Positions 17,884 to 27,598 of a stretch of 40,338 bases of DNA are shown one piece after another; positions within the stretch are counted from its first letter, which is position 1, and each line of letters opens with the position of its first letter. Source of the stretch: Promethearchaeia archaeon (GTDB lineage: Archaea > Asgardarchaeota > Lokiarchaeia > Sigyniarchaeales > SOKP01); the NCBI GenBank assembly GCA_029856445.1, contig JAHQWY010000001.1, positions 1 to 40,338 of the forward strand, read 5' to 3'. Both the position numbers and the translations under genes were made by a program. The notes beneath the pieces were generated by a model, which made no database searches, was not told where the DNA came from, and saw only the letters and a list, made by a program, of their open reading frames with translations.

Positions 17884-18288
17884 GTGAAAGGAATGAATGA
17901 ATTTATCGAAGTAAAATTTATTTCTCCAAGAAAAGGTAAAGGTATTGTCGCCTTAAATGAAATTAAAAAGGGGACTATAATCGATGTTGCACATGTAATA
18001 CCGATACCAAATGACGATTATGAAAAAATCAGTAAAACGATTCTGTATAATTATTGTTATATTTGGGAAGATCCAAAACATAAACCAGAATACAAGAATG
18101 CTATATCCTTAAGCATTAGTCAATTTATAAATCATTCTTATACTCCAAATGTTAGATATATATATGATTACAATAATAATTGTATTGAGTTTAAAACTAT
18201 ACGTGATATTTCCAAAGGGGAAGAAATTACGGTAAATTACAATGGATTAGTTAATGATAAAAGCCCTGTCTGGTTTGATATAGAGTAA
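17884..18288 (+). CDS. minimal SET-domain protein (putative protein lysine methyltransferase), paralog 1
   Basis: SET motifs NHSYTPNV and GEEITVNYN, in ~131 aa. The track start is GTG 17884. ATG at 17893 (MNEFIEV) aligns with the paralog's start and is probably the real one. Confidence 0.8.
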   Translation: MKGMNEFIEVKFISPRKGKGIVALNEIKKGTIIDVAHVIPIPNDDYEKISKTILYNYCYIWEDPKHKPEYKNAISLSISQFINHSYTPNVRYIYDYNNNCIEFKTIRDISKGEEITVNYNGLVNDKSPVWFDIE

Positions 18289-18370
18289 TCATAGCTGATC
18301 ATACTAACGAAGAAAGAGTTCAACTAATGATTTATATATTCAATAGTATAATCATTTATTAAATATTAAT

Positions 18371-18778
18371 GTGAATTCCATGAATAAACTATTAGAAATA
18401 AGATTTATCTCAAAACAAAAAGGAAAAGGAGTATTTGCTAAAGACAATATACCAAAAGGAGAAATTATTGATGTTGCTCACATAATCCTTATTTCTAATA
18501 ATGATTGGAATTTGATTGAAAATACAGTTTTATCTAATTACTCTTTTGAATGGGATGATCCAAAATGCATTGGAGAATTTGATTCAGCAATCTCTTTAAG
18601 CGTTAGCCAGTTTATAAATCATTCATATGAACCAAATGTCAAATATATCTATGATTATAAAAACAAATGCATTAAATACATCACTCTTCGAAATATATCA
18701 AGGGGAGAGGAAATTACTGTAAATTATAATGGAGAACCCCTTAATCAGGAACCTGTATGGTTTGAAGTAGAAAAGTAA
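18371..18778 (+). CDS. minimal SET-domain protein (putative protein lysine methyltransferase), paralog 2
   Basis: SET motifs NHSYEPNV and GEEITVNYN. The track start is GTG 18371, with a likely ATG at 18380 (MNKLLEI). A gapless hand alignment to paralog 1 gives 77 of 131 identical positions. Confidence 0.8.
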   Translation: MNSMNKLLEIRFISKQKGKGVFAKDNIPKGEIIDVAHIILISNNDWNLIENTVLSNYSFEWDDPKCIGEFDSAISLSVSQFINHSYEPNVKYIYDYKNKCIKYITLRNISRGEEITVNYNGEPLNQEPVWFEVEK

Positions 18779-18779
18779 T

Positions 18780-19649
18780 TTATTTTGTTCTTAGTGATTT
18801 CAAAGTTTTTATATTCATAATATCATCTTTCATATCTTTTCCTTTTGGGGTTTCCAATATTCCGGGGATATCTTTAAATCTTTGATCATTAATGAAAAAT
18901 TCAAATGCCTCTTTCCCTATTCTTCCTTGACCGATATGTGTATGTCTGTCAACTCTTGAACCACATTCTTTATCAGTATCGTTTAAATGGAAAGCATAAA
19001 GATATGCTAAACCAATTGTATCATCAAATTCATCCCACATTTTATTATATTTTGATTTAGTTGTAAAGTCATATCCCGCTGCGAATGAGTGGGCTGTATC
19101 AAAACATACTCCAATTCTATTTTTGTTTTTTATTGTGTCAATAATAGTTTTAAAATGATGAAATTTATTTCCTAATCCTTTTCCCTGCCCTGCCGTTGTT
19201 TCAAGTAATATAATAACTTTTGAATCCTTTGTTGCATCTATCAATTTATTTAATTGAACAGCAATTTCATTTAAAGCCTCATTTTTACTTATCTCTTTTT
19301 TATCACTAACTGGGATAACCCCAGGGTGCATATTTTCATATTCTATACCCAATTGATCTACTTTTATCAGTTCATCATACATCGCATTATATGATTTTTC
19401 TAATATCTCTTTATCAATACTAGCAAGATTTATTAAATAGCTATTATGGGATATTACTGGCCAAATTTCATCCTTTAACTCATTCTTTTTTTTATGAAAG
19501 TCTTCAATTTCTTCTTGTTTTAAAGGTCCAGAGGACCAACCTCGTACATTTCGAACGAACACTTGAATAGATTCGCATCCCAGTTCTAGTCCCCTCTCAA
19601 AAGCCTTGAATTTTCCTCCAGAAACACTCATGTGAGCTCCAATTCTCAT
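18780..19649 (-). CDS. nfo: deoxyribonuclease IV / AP endonuclease family 2 (endonuclease IV)
   Basis: 289 aa. N-terminus MRIGAHMS, TIM-barrel Xyl-isomerase-like layout, metal ligand contexts HPG, LETTAGQG, CFDTAHSFAAGYD, FHLND...DRHTHIGQG. Confidence 0.9.
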   Translation of the reverse strand: MRIGAHMSVSGGKFKAFERGLELGCESIQVFVRNVRGWSSGPLKQEEIEDFHKKKNELKDEIWPVISHNSYLINLASIDKEILEKSYNAMYDELIKVDQLGIEYENMHPGVIPVSDKKEISKNEALNEIAVQLNKLIDATKDSKVIILLETTAGQGKGLGNKFHHFKTIIDTIKNKNRIGVCFDTAHSFAAGYDFTTKSKYNKMWDEFDDTIGLAYLYAFHLNDTDKECGSRVDRHTHIGQGRIGKEAFEFFINDQRFKDIPGILETPKGKDMKDDIMNIKTLKSLRTK

Positions 19650-19697
19650 TTTGTCCTCACTCTCAAGATTAATATTAAAAATTTTAAGATTTTTTTT

Positions 19698-21419
19698 TCA
19701 TCTCACTTTAAGCTTATTCCAAAACTGATTTAATTGTTCTTTTGTAAATGTGAACTTCAATCCAGTAGGTTCAGAGGACTCGATTCTGAAAAATTTCGGT
19801 AAATCATTTTCATTTTGTAGAATCCCTGCTTTACTATTAAATTCTAACTCAACTTTTATAATTCTCTGTCCAATTTTAATTAATTCTTCTCTCGTTAATT
19901 TTAAATCATACATTGCATTTATGGAATCTTTTACAATTTCCATATTTTCATAACTCGGGCCTATGAAATAACAACACCCCATTGAATCTAAAATTGCAGT
20001 ATATATTTGTAATTCATAGGATAAATCTAGTTTTCCTTTATTTTCAGTGAGTTCTCCATAATCTTTCCTTTGACTAGCAACTCTTCCTGCAATCGCCGCA
20101 CCAGAAGTATGATCCGCCCCCATAGGTGTTGTAGCGTATGTTACTCCCATCGCTTTAAATACTCTTGGATCATAACCAGAAATGCCTTGACCTTTCACAT
20201 GAGGAATTCTATTAAAACCTATTTCCCTCCCAAGGTGACAAACACCATTCCCAAATTGTTTACCGACATCCGATCCTTTCTTTATTTCTTCTAAAATTTC
20301 AAATACTTTCTGAGTATCACCCCATTGAATTTTGCCGGCTTCCATAGCAACACCCATAGTAACTCCAAATTCAATAGTATCGATCCCACCGTCGTCACAT
20401 AAATGATCTATTTTCGCTATATCATCAAGATTATGAATACATAAATTAGATCCATTTGCAAAGATAGTTTCATACTCAAGACTAGAGGTAACATGGTTTC
20501 CGTTCTCATCAAGAAATATATTTGAACATTTTATCACGCATGTAGGACTACATGGAACACGTTTCCTTCCATTTCTAGCAGTAACTAGCTCATGAAGTCT
20601 CTCTCCTGAGATATCAGTGGCGTTATCATATGAACCCATTCGAAAATTTTTAGTTGGCAATCCACCATAAGCACTCATTGCTCTAACCATATTGGGAGTA
20701 CCGTAAATTGAAAAGTTTTTCTTAGATTCAGCAAGATCTTTAGCAAAAGGTTTTGAGACTTCTCTAAGCTTCTTCAAATTAGCAATTTGAACCTTAGAAC
20801 TTTTCAAAGGAACAATAATAATTGCTTTGATTCTTTTAGAGCCCATAACGGCACCTAATCCCCCTCGAGCAGCATGACGGCTTGGATAACCTTCTATATC
20901 GTTTGTAGCAACACTTGCTGCTTTCATTAAATGCTCTCCAGCAGGACCAATTGAATAGATTCCAATTTTCTCACCATATTTTTTGTATAAATCATTATGA
21001 AGCTTATAATTCCCATATCCCTCATAATTATTAGCACATTCAAATTTAATACCATCGTTGTCAATGATTATAAATTTTAACGCCCCTGATTTCCCATCCA
21101 AAACTAACGCTCTTATCCCATAAGATGCTAACATTATAGAAGGGCGACCACCTACATTTGCCTCTTTTATCCCATTTGTTAATGGACTTTTTCCCCCAAC
21201 TGAAGTACGTCCGGAACAAGGAAAGGGGCTTCCTGTAAGCAAGCCTGTAGCAAGGATAAGTTTGTTTTCCTCACCTAAAGGATCACATAATGGTGGCACT
21301 TCATCATGAATGATATGAGAACTTAATCCTCGTCCTCCTAATAAGAAATATTTTGATTCTTCTACAAGATCTTCATATCTTAATTCTTCAGTACCAACAT
21401 TAATTCTGATGATTTTCAT
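19698..21419 (-). CDS. aor: aldehyde:ferredoxin oxidoreductase family (tungstopterin) enzyme
   Basis: 573 aa. AFOR N-terminal domain (MKIIRINVGTEE...LLGGRGLSS), Cys cluster region RVPCSPTCVIKCSN, C-terminal AFOR domain (GADHTSG). Confidence 0.9.
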   Translation of the reverse strand: MKIIRINVGTEELRYEDLVEESKYFLLGGRGLSSHIIHDEVPPLCDPLGEENKLILATGLLTGSPFPCSGRTSVGGKSPLTNGIKEANVGGRPSIMLASYGIRALVLDGKSGALKFIIIDNDGIKFECANNYEGYGNYKLHNDLYKKYGEKIGIYSIGPAGEHLMKAASVATNDIEGYPSRHAARGGLGAVMGSKRIKAIIIVPLKSSKVQIANLKKLREVSKPFAKDLAESKKNFSIYGTPNMVRAMSAYGGLPTKNFRMGSYDNATDISGERLHELVTARNGRKRVPCSPTCVIKCSNIFLDENGNHVTSSLEYETIFANGSNLCIHNLDDIAKIDHLCDDGGIDTIEFGVTMGVAMEAGKIQWGDTQKVFEILEEIKKGSDVGKQFGNGVCHLGREIGFNRIPHVKGQGISGYDPRVFKAMGVTYATTPMGADHTSGAAIAGRVASQRKDYGELTENKGKLDLSYELQIYTAILDSMGCCYFIGPSYENMEIVKDSINAMYDLKLTREELIKIGQRIIKVELEFNSKAGILQNENDLPKFFRIESSEPTGLKFTFTKEQLNQFWNKLKVR

Positions 21420-21725
21420 TATAAAACAATAATAATTGAAATTATATTATTATTACTTAGTATCATACATAAGACCTTAACAAGTTAAACGTTTTGATCT
21501 TTTTTTTGTATTTTATTGAAAAATAATGAACTAATCCCTTCTCATTTATTTAACTTAAAAAAAAAAAATTCAGATATTTTTCAAATTTTGAGACATAGAT
21601 TTAAATATACAACTAGATGTATGAATATTACATCAGTTTATTATCACATTGTCTTATCACCGTTGTGATATGGATTTTTTTGAACTTGTCATATTCCTTT
21701 TTAATTTAATAATTTGTGAGAAAAT

Positions 21726-22652
21726 ATGAATGAGCAATACCGTAATCGTTATATTAATGATAAGATTGATGAGAACATTTCACAACAATCTTATTGTTGC
21801 GATAATCCATTTGTGGAGTCAAGAGACGGTAATAAGGTGTGTTTAAATTGTGGATTAATTTTTGAAAGAACATTTGTAGGAAATGAGAGACGGGCATATA
21901 CAGTAGAAGAAATACAGAGCCGTCGCAGGACAGAACCGCGCTGGAGAGATTTCGGACCACGAACAATGTTGCCCAATACGAAGACAGATAGTAAAGGAAA
22001 GAGTATTGGTGCAAAAGAACAAGCTCTTTTTTCTCGTCTTTCAAAAATTCAAAATTCTTTAATTTCGAGTATTGAGAGGAACTTTTGGGAAGCTAAACCA
22101 AAACTTAAAATGCTTACATCTAAACTCAATATTCCCGAATATATTGCAGATACAGCTTGGAAAGTATATAGTATTGTCGCAAAGAAAAAATTAACTATGG
22201 GACGGTCGATTAATGGATTTATTTCAGGATCTTTATATGCTGCGATTCGTGTTCATGACTTTCCTCGCTTATTAGATGAAGTATGTGAAGCATCCTTAAC
22301 ACCAAGAAGAACAGTTCATAGGAGTCTTGCAATGATAATTAGAGAGGTTTTACCTGAATTAAATTTAAGATACCAGCCTATAACTGCTGAATCATTAGTA
22401 TTTCGTTTTGGAAATGAATTAGACCTACCAATTCAAATTCAAAAAAATGCAATTAATATGTTACGAGATGCTTCGAAGAATGGATTAAAAAGAACAGGAA
22501 AAGATCCAAAGGGTTTAGCTGCTGCATGTATCTATATTGCAGCAAAAAATGGGTCTATTAGAAAAACACAATCAAAAGTGGCGGATATAGCAAAAATTAC
22601 GGAAGTAACGCTGCGAAGTCGTGCTAAACAGATAAAAAGTAAGCTTACATAA
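21726..22652 (+). CDS. tfb: transcription initiation factor TFB (TFIIB homolog)
   Basis: 308 aa. N-terminal ribbon CC-x13-CLNCGLIFE, B-reader/linker (ERRAYTVEEIQSRRRTEP), two cyclin-fold repeats (GRSINGFISGSLYAAIRVHDFPRLLDEV; GKDPKGLAAACIYIAAKNGSIRKTQSKVADIAKITEVTLRSR). Confidence 0.9.
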   Translation: MNEQYRNRYINDKIDENISQQSYCCDNPFVESRDGNKVCLNCGLIFERTFVGNERRAYTVEEIQSRRRTEPRWRDFGPRTMLPNTKTDSKGKSIGAKEQALFSRLSKIQNSLISSIERNFWEAKPKLKMLTSKLNIPEYIADTAWKVYSIVAKKKLTMGRSINGFISGSLYAAIRVHDFPRLLDEVCEASLTPRRTVHRSLAMIIREVLPELNLRYQPITAESLVFRFGNELDLPIQIQKNAINMLRDASKNGLKRTGKDPKGLAAACIYIAAKNGSIRKTQSKVADIAKITEVTLRSRAKQIKSKLT

Positions 22653-22711
22653 AGATTTTCACAATTTTGGTTAAATTAATTTAACTTTTATATATTTTTT
22701 ATCTCTTTTTA

Positions 22712-23284
22712 TTATTTTGTATCTTCTGGTCGATCTACTAGTAACGTCCATTTAATACCCAAAGCAGTAGTTATTAATCCAGAAATCATAAAAAAAAATG
22801 TAACAGAGATGAAATATAACCACATTATCGCTGGTAAAATTGGGGTAATATTAAAATCATATAATGCCGATTGGAATGCTACCTTTCCATGAAGTGTTGA
22901 AATTTTAATTTTTCCCAGTAGCACTATGTAATTCATTTTAACAAAAGCTCCGAGTACTATAATCATTCCAATAACAACCATAAGTTTAGCTAATAATTTA
23001 TCTTCAATTTTTTCACTTTTCGAAGTTCTAAGGATAAAAAAACCAAATATTAAAAAGCAAATCATAGAACCAACTGTAAATAACCATAATATTGTTCCTG
23101 TTAAAGAAATATAATCAGATCCATAAATAAAATCTAAAAGGAGAACTGGATCAGTCTCTATATCATTAAATTCTGTAAAATTAAACAAGATAAAAAATTC
23201 AATCTCAAAGAAAGAAAGAATCATAAAGATGTAACCTATAATTGCTAGAAATTTAGCAACTTTCTTATGTTCCATGTTTTCCAT
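22712..23284 (-). CDS. integral membrane protein, function unknown
   Basis: 190 aa with about 5 hydrophobic segments. No motif recognised. Confidence 0.55.
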   Translation of the reverse strand: MENMEHKKVAKFLAIIGYIFMILSFFEIEFFILFNFTEFNDIETDPVLLLDFIYGSDYISLTGTILWLFTVGSMICFLIFGFFILRTSKSEKIEDKLLAKLMVVIGMIIVLGAFVKMNYIVLLGKIKISTLHGKVAFQSALYDFNITPILPAIMWLYFISVTFFFMISGLITTALGIKWTLLVDRPEDTK

Positions 23285-23456
23285 TGCCCCTTTAATTAAA
23301 ATTGTAAGAAAATTTTTTATGCAATTATATTTTTACTTATTATTGTTTTTGAAATTTATAAAAATTATTAATATTATTGTTTTAAATAAAATTTAGTTTT
23401 ATTACAAATAAGAAACAAAAATTGATTTTTTTTTAAGGAGTAATAAAGATATAGAA

Positions 23457-24398
23457 ATGGATACCTTAGAGTGTCAGCATAAAAATGTGAAACGAGAGGG
23501 GGGAGAATTAATATGCCAAGATTGTGGTCTAATCTTAGAAGAAAAATTAGCTTCTGAAGATATTCAAACCTACGGGGAATTTTATTCAGATTCTCAAAGA
23601 GATTATGAAAGGCGTATCCGTCTCAGCGACTCAAAAGCTTTGCAAGATCCAGTAATTCGTGAAAAGTATGAACGAATTAAAACACTTGAAAAGTGGTTTC
23701 GCGACTATGAATCTGATTTTACCGAACAAAAGAAAACCATTGAATTAATAAAAAGCCATGGTATCGGGCTAAATATCGATAATGTAAAATACCGAGAGAT
23801 TAAAGAACGGTATCTACGTTATAATAAATATCATAGACATAATTACCAAAATATGGTTATAATATTTCTGGCTATTATTTGGTTGGAAATAAAGGATACC
23901 ACTAATATACGTATTGAAGAATTTATTAGAGTTTCCAAGGAGTTAGGCCATAAGATAAATAAAAAGATGTTAGCGAATGCAATGTTAAAAGTAAAAAGAA
24001 CTGAGAAAATGTTAAAAGATAAGAAAGATGCCTCTTCATTGGAAAAAGAGATTAAAAACAAGATAAAAATTGTATTTCAAAAAGATTTGAATAGCATTTC
24101 ATATAAAGAAGTACAAGATTTTTTTTCAAATAAATCTCAATTTGAGAAGACTAAAATTAATATGCAGTTGCTAGTAGATAAGATCCTCAACATAATCCCC
24201 TATGAACAAATCCAAAACCTAAATTATAAAGCTTTTACAGCGGGTTTAATTTATTATATAGGACAAACCTTGACTAATAGGAAGATTTTTACACAGAGTA
24301 TAATTGAAAAACATAGTAAATTCTCAAGTACTACTATTAGAAAGAGATATCACCTGCTAAAAGAAATCTTAGGAGCACCTCAAGAGTTAGAGCTCTAA
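23457..24398 (+). CDS. highly divergent TFIIB/TFB-like protein
   Basis: N-terminal ribbon C6-x-H8-x11-C20-x2-C23 (ECQHKNVKREGGELICQDCGLILEE). Two degenerate cyclin-like repeats: NMVIIFLAIIWLEIKDTTNIRIEEFIRVSKELGHKINKKML and YKAFTAGLIYYIGQTLTNRKIFTQSIIEKHSKFSSTTIRKRYHLLKEIL. Confidence 0.55.
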   Translation: MDTLECQHKNVKREGGELICQDCGLILEEKLASEDIQTYGEFYSDSQRDYERRIRLSDSKALQDPVIREKYERIKTLEKWFRDYESDFTEQKKTIELIKSHGIGLNIDNVKYREIKERYLRYNKYHRHNYQNMVIIFLAIIWLEIKDTTNIRIEEFIRVSKELGHKINKKMLANAMLKVKRTEKMLKDKKDASSLEKEIKNKIKIVFQKDLNSISYKEVQDFFSNKSQFEKTKINMQLLVDKILNIIPYEQIQNLNYKAFTAGLIYYIGQTLTNRKIFTQSIIEKHSKFSSTTIRKRYHLLKEILGAPQELEL

Positions 24399-24507
24399 TA
24401 CTATACCCTTATCTGACTTCTTTTAAGGAATAGGAAATAATTAAAAACTTTAGAACCTATGATATTTATTATTTAACAATTTTTCCTAAAATAGATTTAT
24501 TATAAAT

Positions 24508-27375
24508 ATGTCAATAGCAAAAAAATCTAACGAACCTTATTACTCTCAATCGCTTGATGAGTTACTAGAACTTTTCCAAACAGATCCTGATAATGGTATA
24601 AGTTCCTCGGATTTAGAGCGCAGATATATAAATTCAGGATATAATGAATTACCAAAAATTAAAAAATCGATTTGGAAAATATACTTTGCACCAATATTTA
24701 ATTTTCTAATAATTATTCTTCTTATTACTGGGATATCCGTTGCTATTCTGGGTTCTCCTGGTGAAACAGTCATTACTTTCACAGTTGTGGTGATAAATTC
24801 TGCTACTGTCATTATTCAGCAATACAGAGCCCAAAAAGCACTGGAATCTCTAAAACAAATATCTGCTTTGAAAGCTACGGTTCTGAGAGATAAAGAACAA
24901 TTTGAGATACCCAATAGAGAATTAGTACCTGGAGACATTATATTACTAGAACAAGGAGATAAAATCCCTGCAGATGGGAGAATTATAAATCAAATTAATT
25001 TAAGGGTAGATGAAGCACCACTCACTGGTGAAAGTGAACCTGCAGAAAAAAACAACAAAATTATAGAAAAAAATGATGTACCCATTCAAAAACAGTCCAA
25101 TATGATATTTATGGGAACTTATATATATACAGGCAGAGCAAAAGCATTAATAACCGATACTGGTGTGAACACAGAGATAGGTAAAATATCTACAACTCTA
25201 AATGAAATGGGGAGTATTGAAGATATCCCCTTGACAGGTAAATTGAATAGATTAGGTTATATTTTAGGAATAATAGTAATCATCAATCTATACATACTAA
25301 TCTTCTATAAATTAGTAGTTTTAGCGTACGAAGAGAATTTAATTAGATCTGAAATAAGTAGTGCTCTAGTAAGTTCCATTTTACGAGCCACAAATGTACT
25401 TCCAATAAATTTACCACTCCTAACAACTTTAGTTTTAATCACTGGAGTATTAAATATGGCTCAAAGTGGAGTAATAATTAAAAACTTATCTGCAATTGAA
25501 TCTCTTGGTCGAGTATCTGTAATTTGTTCAGATAAAACCGGAACAATAACTAGAAATGAAATGGCAGTAGAAAGATTCTGGATTAATGAAAAAGAATATG
25601 AGGTCACTGGTTCTGGTTATGACGCTGAAGGAGAAATATTATTAAATGGCACATCCTCTAATTTAAAAGACAATTTAACATTTCAAAAGTTCATAAACTC
25701 AATGGTCTTAAATAATAATGCTCAATTGATTTTTGAAGATGTCAAAGTGAGAGTAGGTGGTAAAAAAGAGATGGCAGTAAGACGGGAATTAGGTTCACCT
25801 ACTGAAGCTGCATTATTAGTATTATCTGAAAAAGCAGGCTATATCCCATATGATGTACGAAGACTATATACATTAGTGAGTGAATTTTCCTTTAGTTCGG
25901 AACTAAAACTGATGAGTTCAATCTATTTATTAAACGGTGATAAGAAACAATTCTTAATATTTTCTAAGGGAGCTCCTGAGAAGATTATTAATATATCTTC
26001 TCAAATAGAAATAGATGGAATTAATAAAGAATTGACTGATGATATTAAGCAAAACATATTAGAAAAAGTAGAACATCAAGCAAGAGAAGGATATAGAGTT
26101 TTAGCAATCGCAAATAAAGCAATAGCTAACGCTGATAATTCCAAAAGGGAAGAAATCGAATATAATTTAACCTTTTTAGGATTTGTTTCAATTATGGATC
26201 CTCCTCGCATTGGTGTTAAAAAATCAATAGAGGAATGTCAATCAGGTAATATTAAAGTCATTATGATAACTGGTGATCATCCTGCCACTGCAAAAACTAT
26301 TGCAACTCAAATGCAAATTTATAAGGAAGGAGATATTTTAGCAGAGGGGAAACAAATAAAAGATCTTAGTGAAGATGATTTTGAAAAGGTATCTGTGTTT
26401 GCCAGAGTAGAGCCTTCTGATAAGGAAATTATTGTAAAAAATTACCAAAAAAAGAATCATGTTGTTGCTATGACCGGAGATGGAATAAATGATTCTCTTG
26501 CCTTGAAATTAGCAAATGCAGGTATTGCTATGGGAATAACTGGAACAGATGTAGCTAAGGAAACTGCGGATATGGTTATCTCAGATGATAATTTTTCTTC
26601 AATTGAAAAAGGAGTTCGAATAGGGCGTGGTCTATTTTCGAAGATAAGAACTATAATCTACTTTTTTATTTGTTTGAACATAATGGAAGCAATTATCTTT
26701 TTTACCTATGAATTTATACCTACATTTGATCTTTTCAGTTCAGAATGGCAACATATATATATTTTTGGTATTGTGCACTCATTTCCTTCCTTAGCGCTGG
26801 TTATTGATACGCATCCTAAGGATATTATGCAAGAATCACCTAGAGATGAAGAGCAAATATTAAATAAAAATATGTGGATAATGTTATTAATTCAAGTTTT
26901 TCTTATGGGTATAGGGTTAGTTTTAGCTTTGCAATTCACATTATGGGAGATAATCCCTCTGAATGAATGGAATCTGAACCCACAAATAAGTTATGTTGAT
27001 CCTCTTGCATCTCAATCCGAATTAGTAGCTCAGAAGGCAAGAACAATGTTCATTACAACAATATATATTGTTGAAACTAATTTTATATGGACTTTTAGAA
27101 GACCAAATAAATCGCTTTATAGAAGTATAAAAGAAGAATTATCAGTTTCTTTATTGGTTATTTGCCTATTTACATTAACATTACATTTGCTCTTTATTTG
27201 CTTTTCATATTCAGTTAATTATTACATAAATGATGTTTCTGGGTTTAACTTTCAATTAAATTTTATGTTTCTTAGTGGAACAGATTGGTTGATTTGTATA
27301 TTACTGGCATTACCTGGTATCTTTGGAATTGAAATTTATAAAAATATAGCAAGGAAAAAGAAAGTGTTTTTTTAG
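24508..27375 (+). CDS. P-type cation-transporting ATPase (P2/P3-like architecture, atypical ion site), paralog A
   Basis: 955 aa. Cation_ATPase_N-like start, TGES (LTGESEP), phosphorylation site CSDKTGTIT (DKTGT at 25531-25545), MITGDHPATA, MTGDGINDSLALK. M4 motif is PINLP (25402-25416) instead of PEGLP. Confidence 0.9.
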   Translation: MSIAKKSNEPYYSQSLDELLELFQTDPDNGISSSDLERRYINSGYNELPKIKKSIWKIYFAPIFNFLIIILLITGISVAILGSPGETVITFTVVVINSATVIIQQYRAQKALESLKQISALKATVLRDKEQFEIPNRELVPGDIILLEQGDKIPADGRIINQINLRVDEAPLTGESEPAEKNNKIIEKNDVPIQKQSNMIFMGTYIYTGRAKALITDTGVNTEIGKISTTLNEMGSIEDIPLTGKLNRLGYILGIIVIINLYILIFYKLVVLAYEENLIRSEISSALVSSILRATNVLPINLPLLTTLVLITGVLNMAQSGVIIKNLSAIESLGRVSVICSDKTGTITRNEMAVERFWINEKEYEVTGSGYDAEGEILLNGTSSNLKDNLTFQKFINSMVLNNNAQLIFEDVKVRVGGKKEMAVRRELGSPTEAALLVLSEKAGYIPYDVRRLYTLVSEFSFSSELKLMSSIYLLNGDKKQFLIFSKGAPEKIINISSQIEIDGINKELTDDIKQNILEKVEHQAREGYRVLAIANKAIANADNSKREEIEYNLTFLGFVSIMDPPRIGVKKSIEECQSGNIKVIMITGDHPATAKTIATQMQIYKEGDILAEGKQIKDLSEDDFEKVSVFARVEPSDKEIIVKNYQKKNHVVAMTGDGINDSLALKLANAGIAMGITGTDVAKETADMVISDDNFSSIEKGVRIGRGLFSKIRTIIYFFICLNIMEAIIFFTYEFIPTFDLFSSEWQHIYIFGIVHSFPSLALVIDTHPKDIMQESPRDEEQILNKNMWIMLLIQVFLMGIGLVLALQFTLWEIIPLNEWNLNPQISYVDPLASQSELVAQKARTMFITTIYIVETNFIWTFRRPNKSLYRSIKEELSVSLLVICLFTLTLHLLFICFSYSVNYYINDVSGFNFQLNFMFLSGTDWLICILLALPGIFGIEIYKNIARKKKVFF

Positions 27376-27598
27376 TAATATTGACAATTAGCTTAGGAAA
27401 ACAAATGTTATAATTTCATTCTATGTACAAATGATGCTGTATGTAAGTTAACCGCAAATGAACTAAGACAAAATTGGGGCTAAATTCTTATTTTTCAAAA
27501 AAAAGTAATATTAAAAGGCATGATTATTATACGTTATTTATTATATTGAATAGAATTTTGATTCTCTAAATTACAATACTAAAATTGGTCGAACCGAT

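Noticed and set aside
18776-18782. Convergent SET paralog 2 and endonuclease IV genes whose stop codons are separated by a single base (TAATTTA).
   Set aside because: This is real but probably just genome compaction. It leaves no room for a terminator structure, and I see no evidence of functional antisense overlap.
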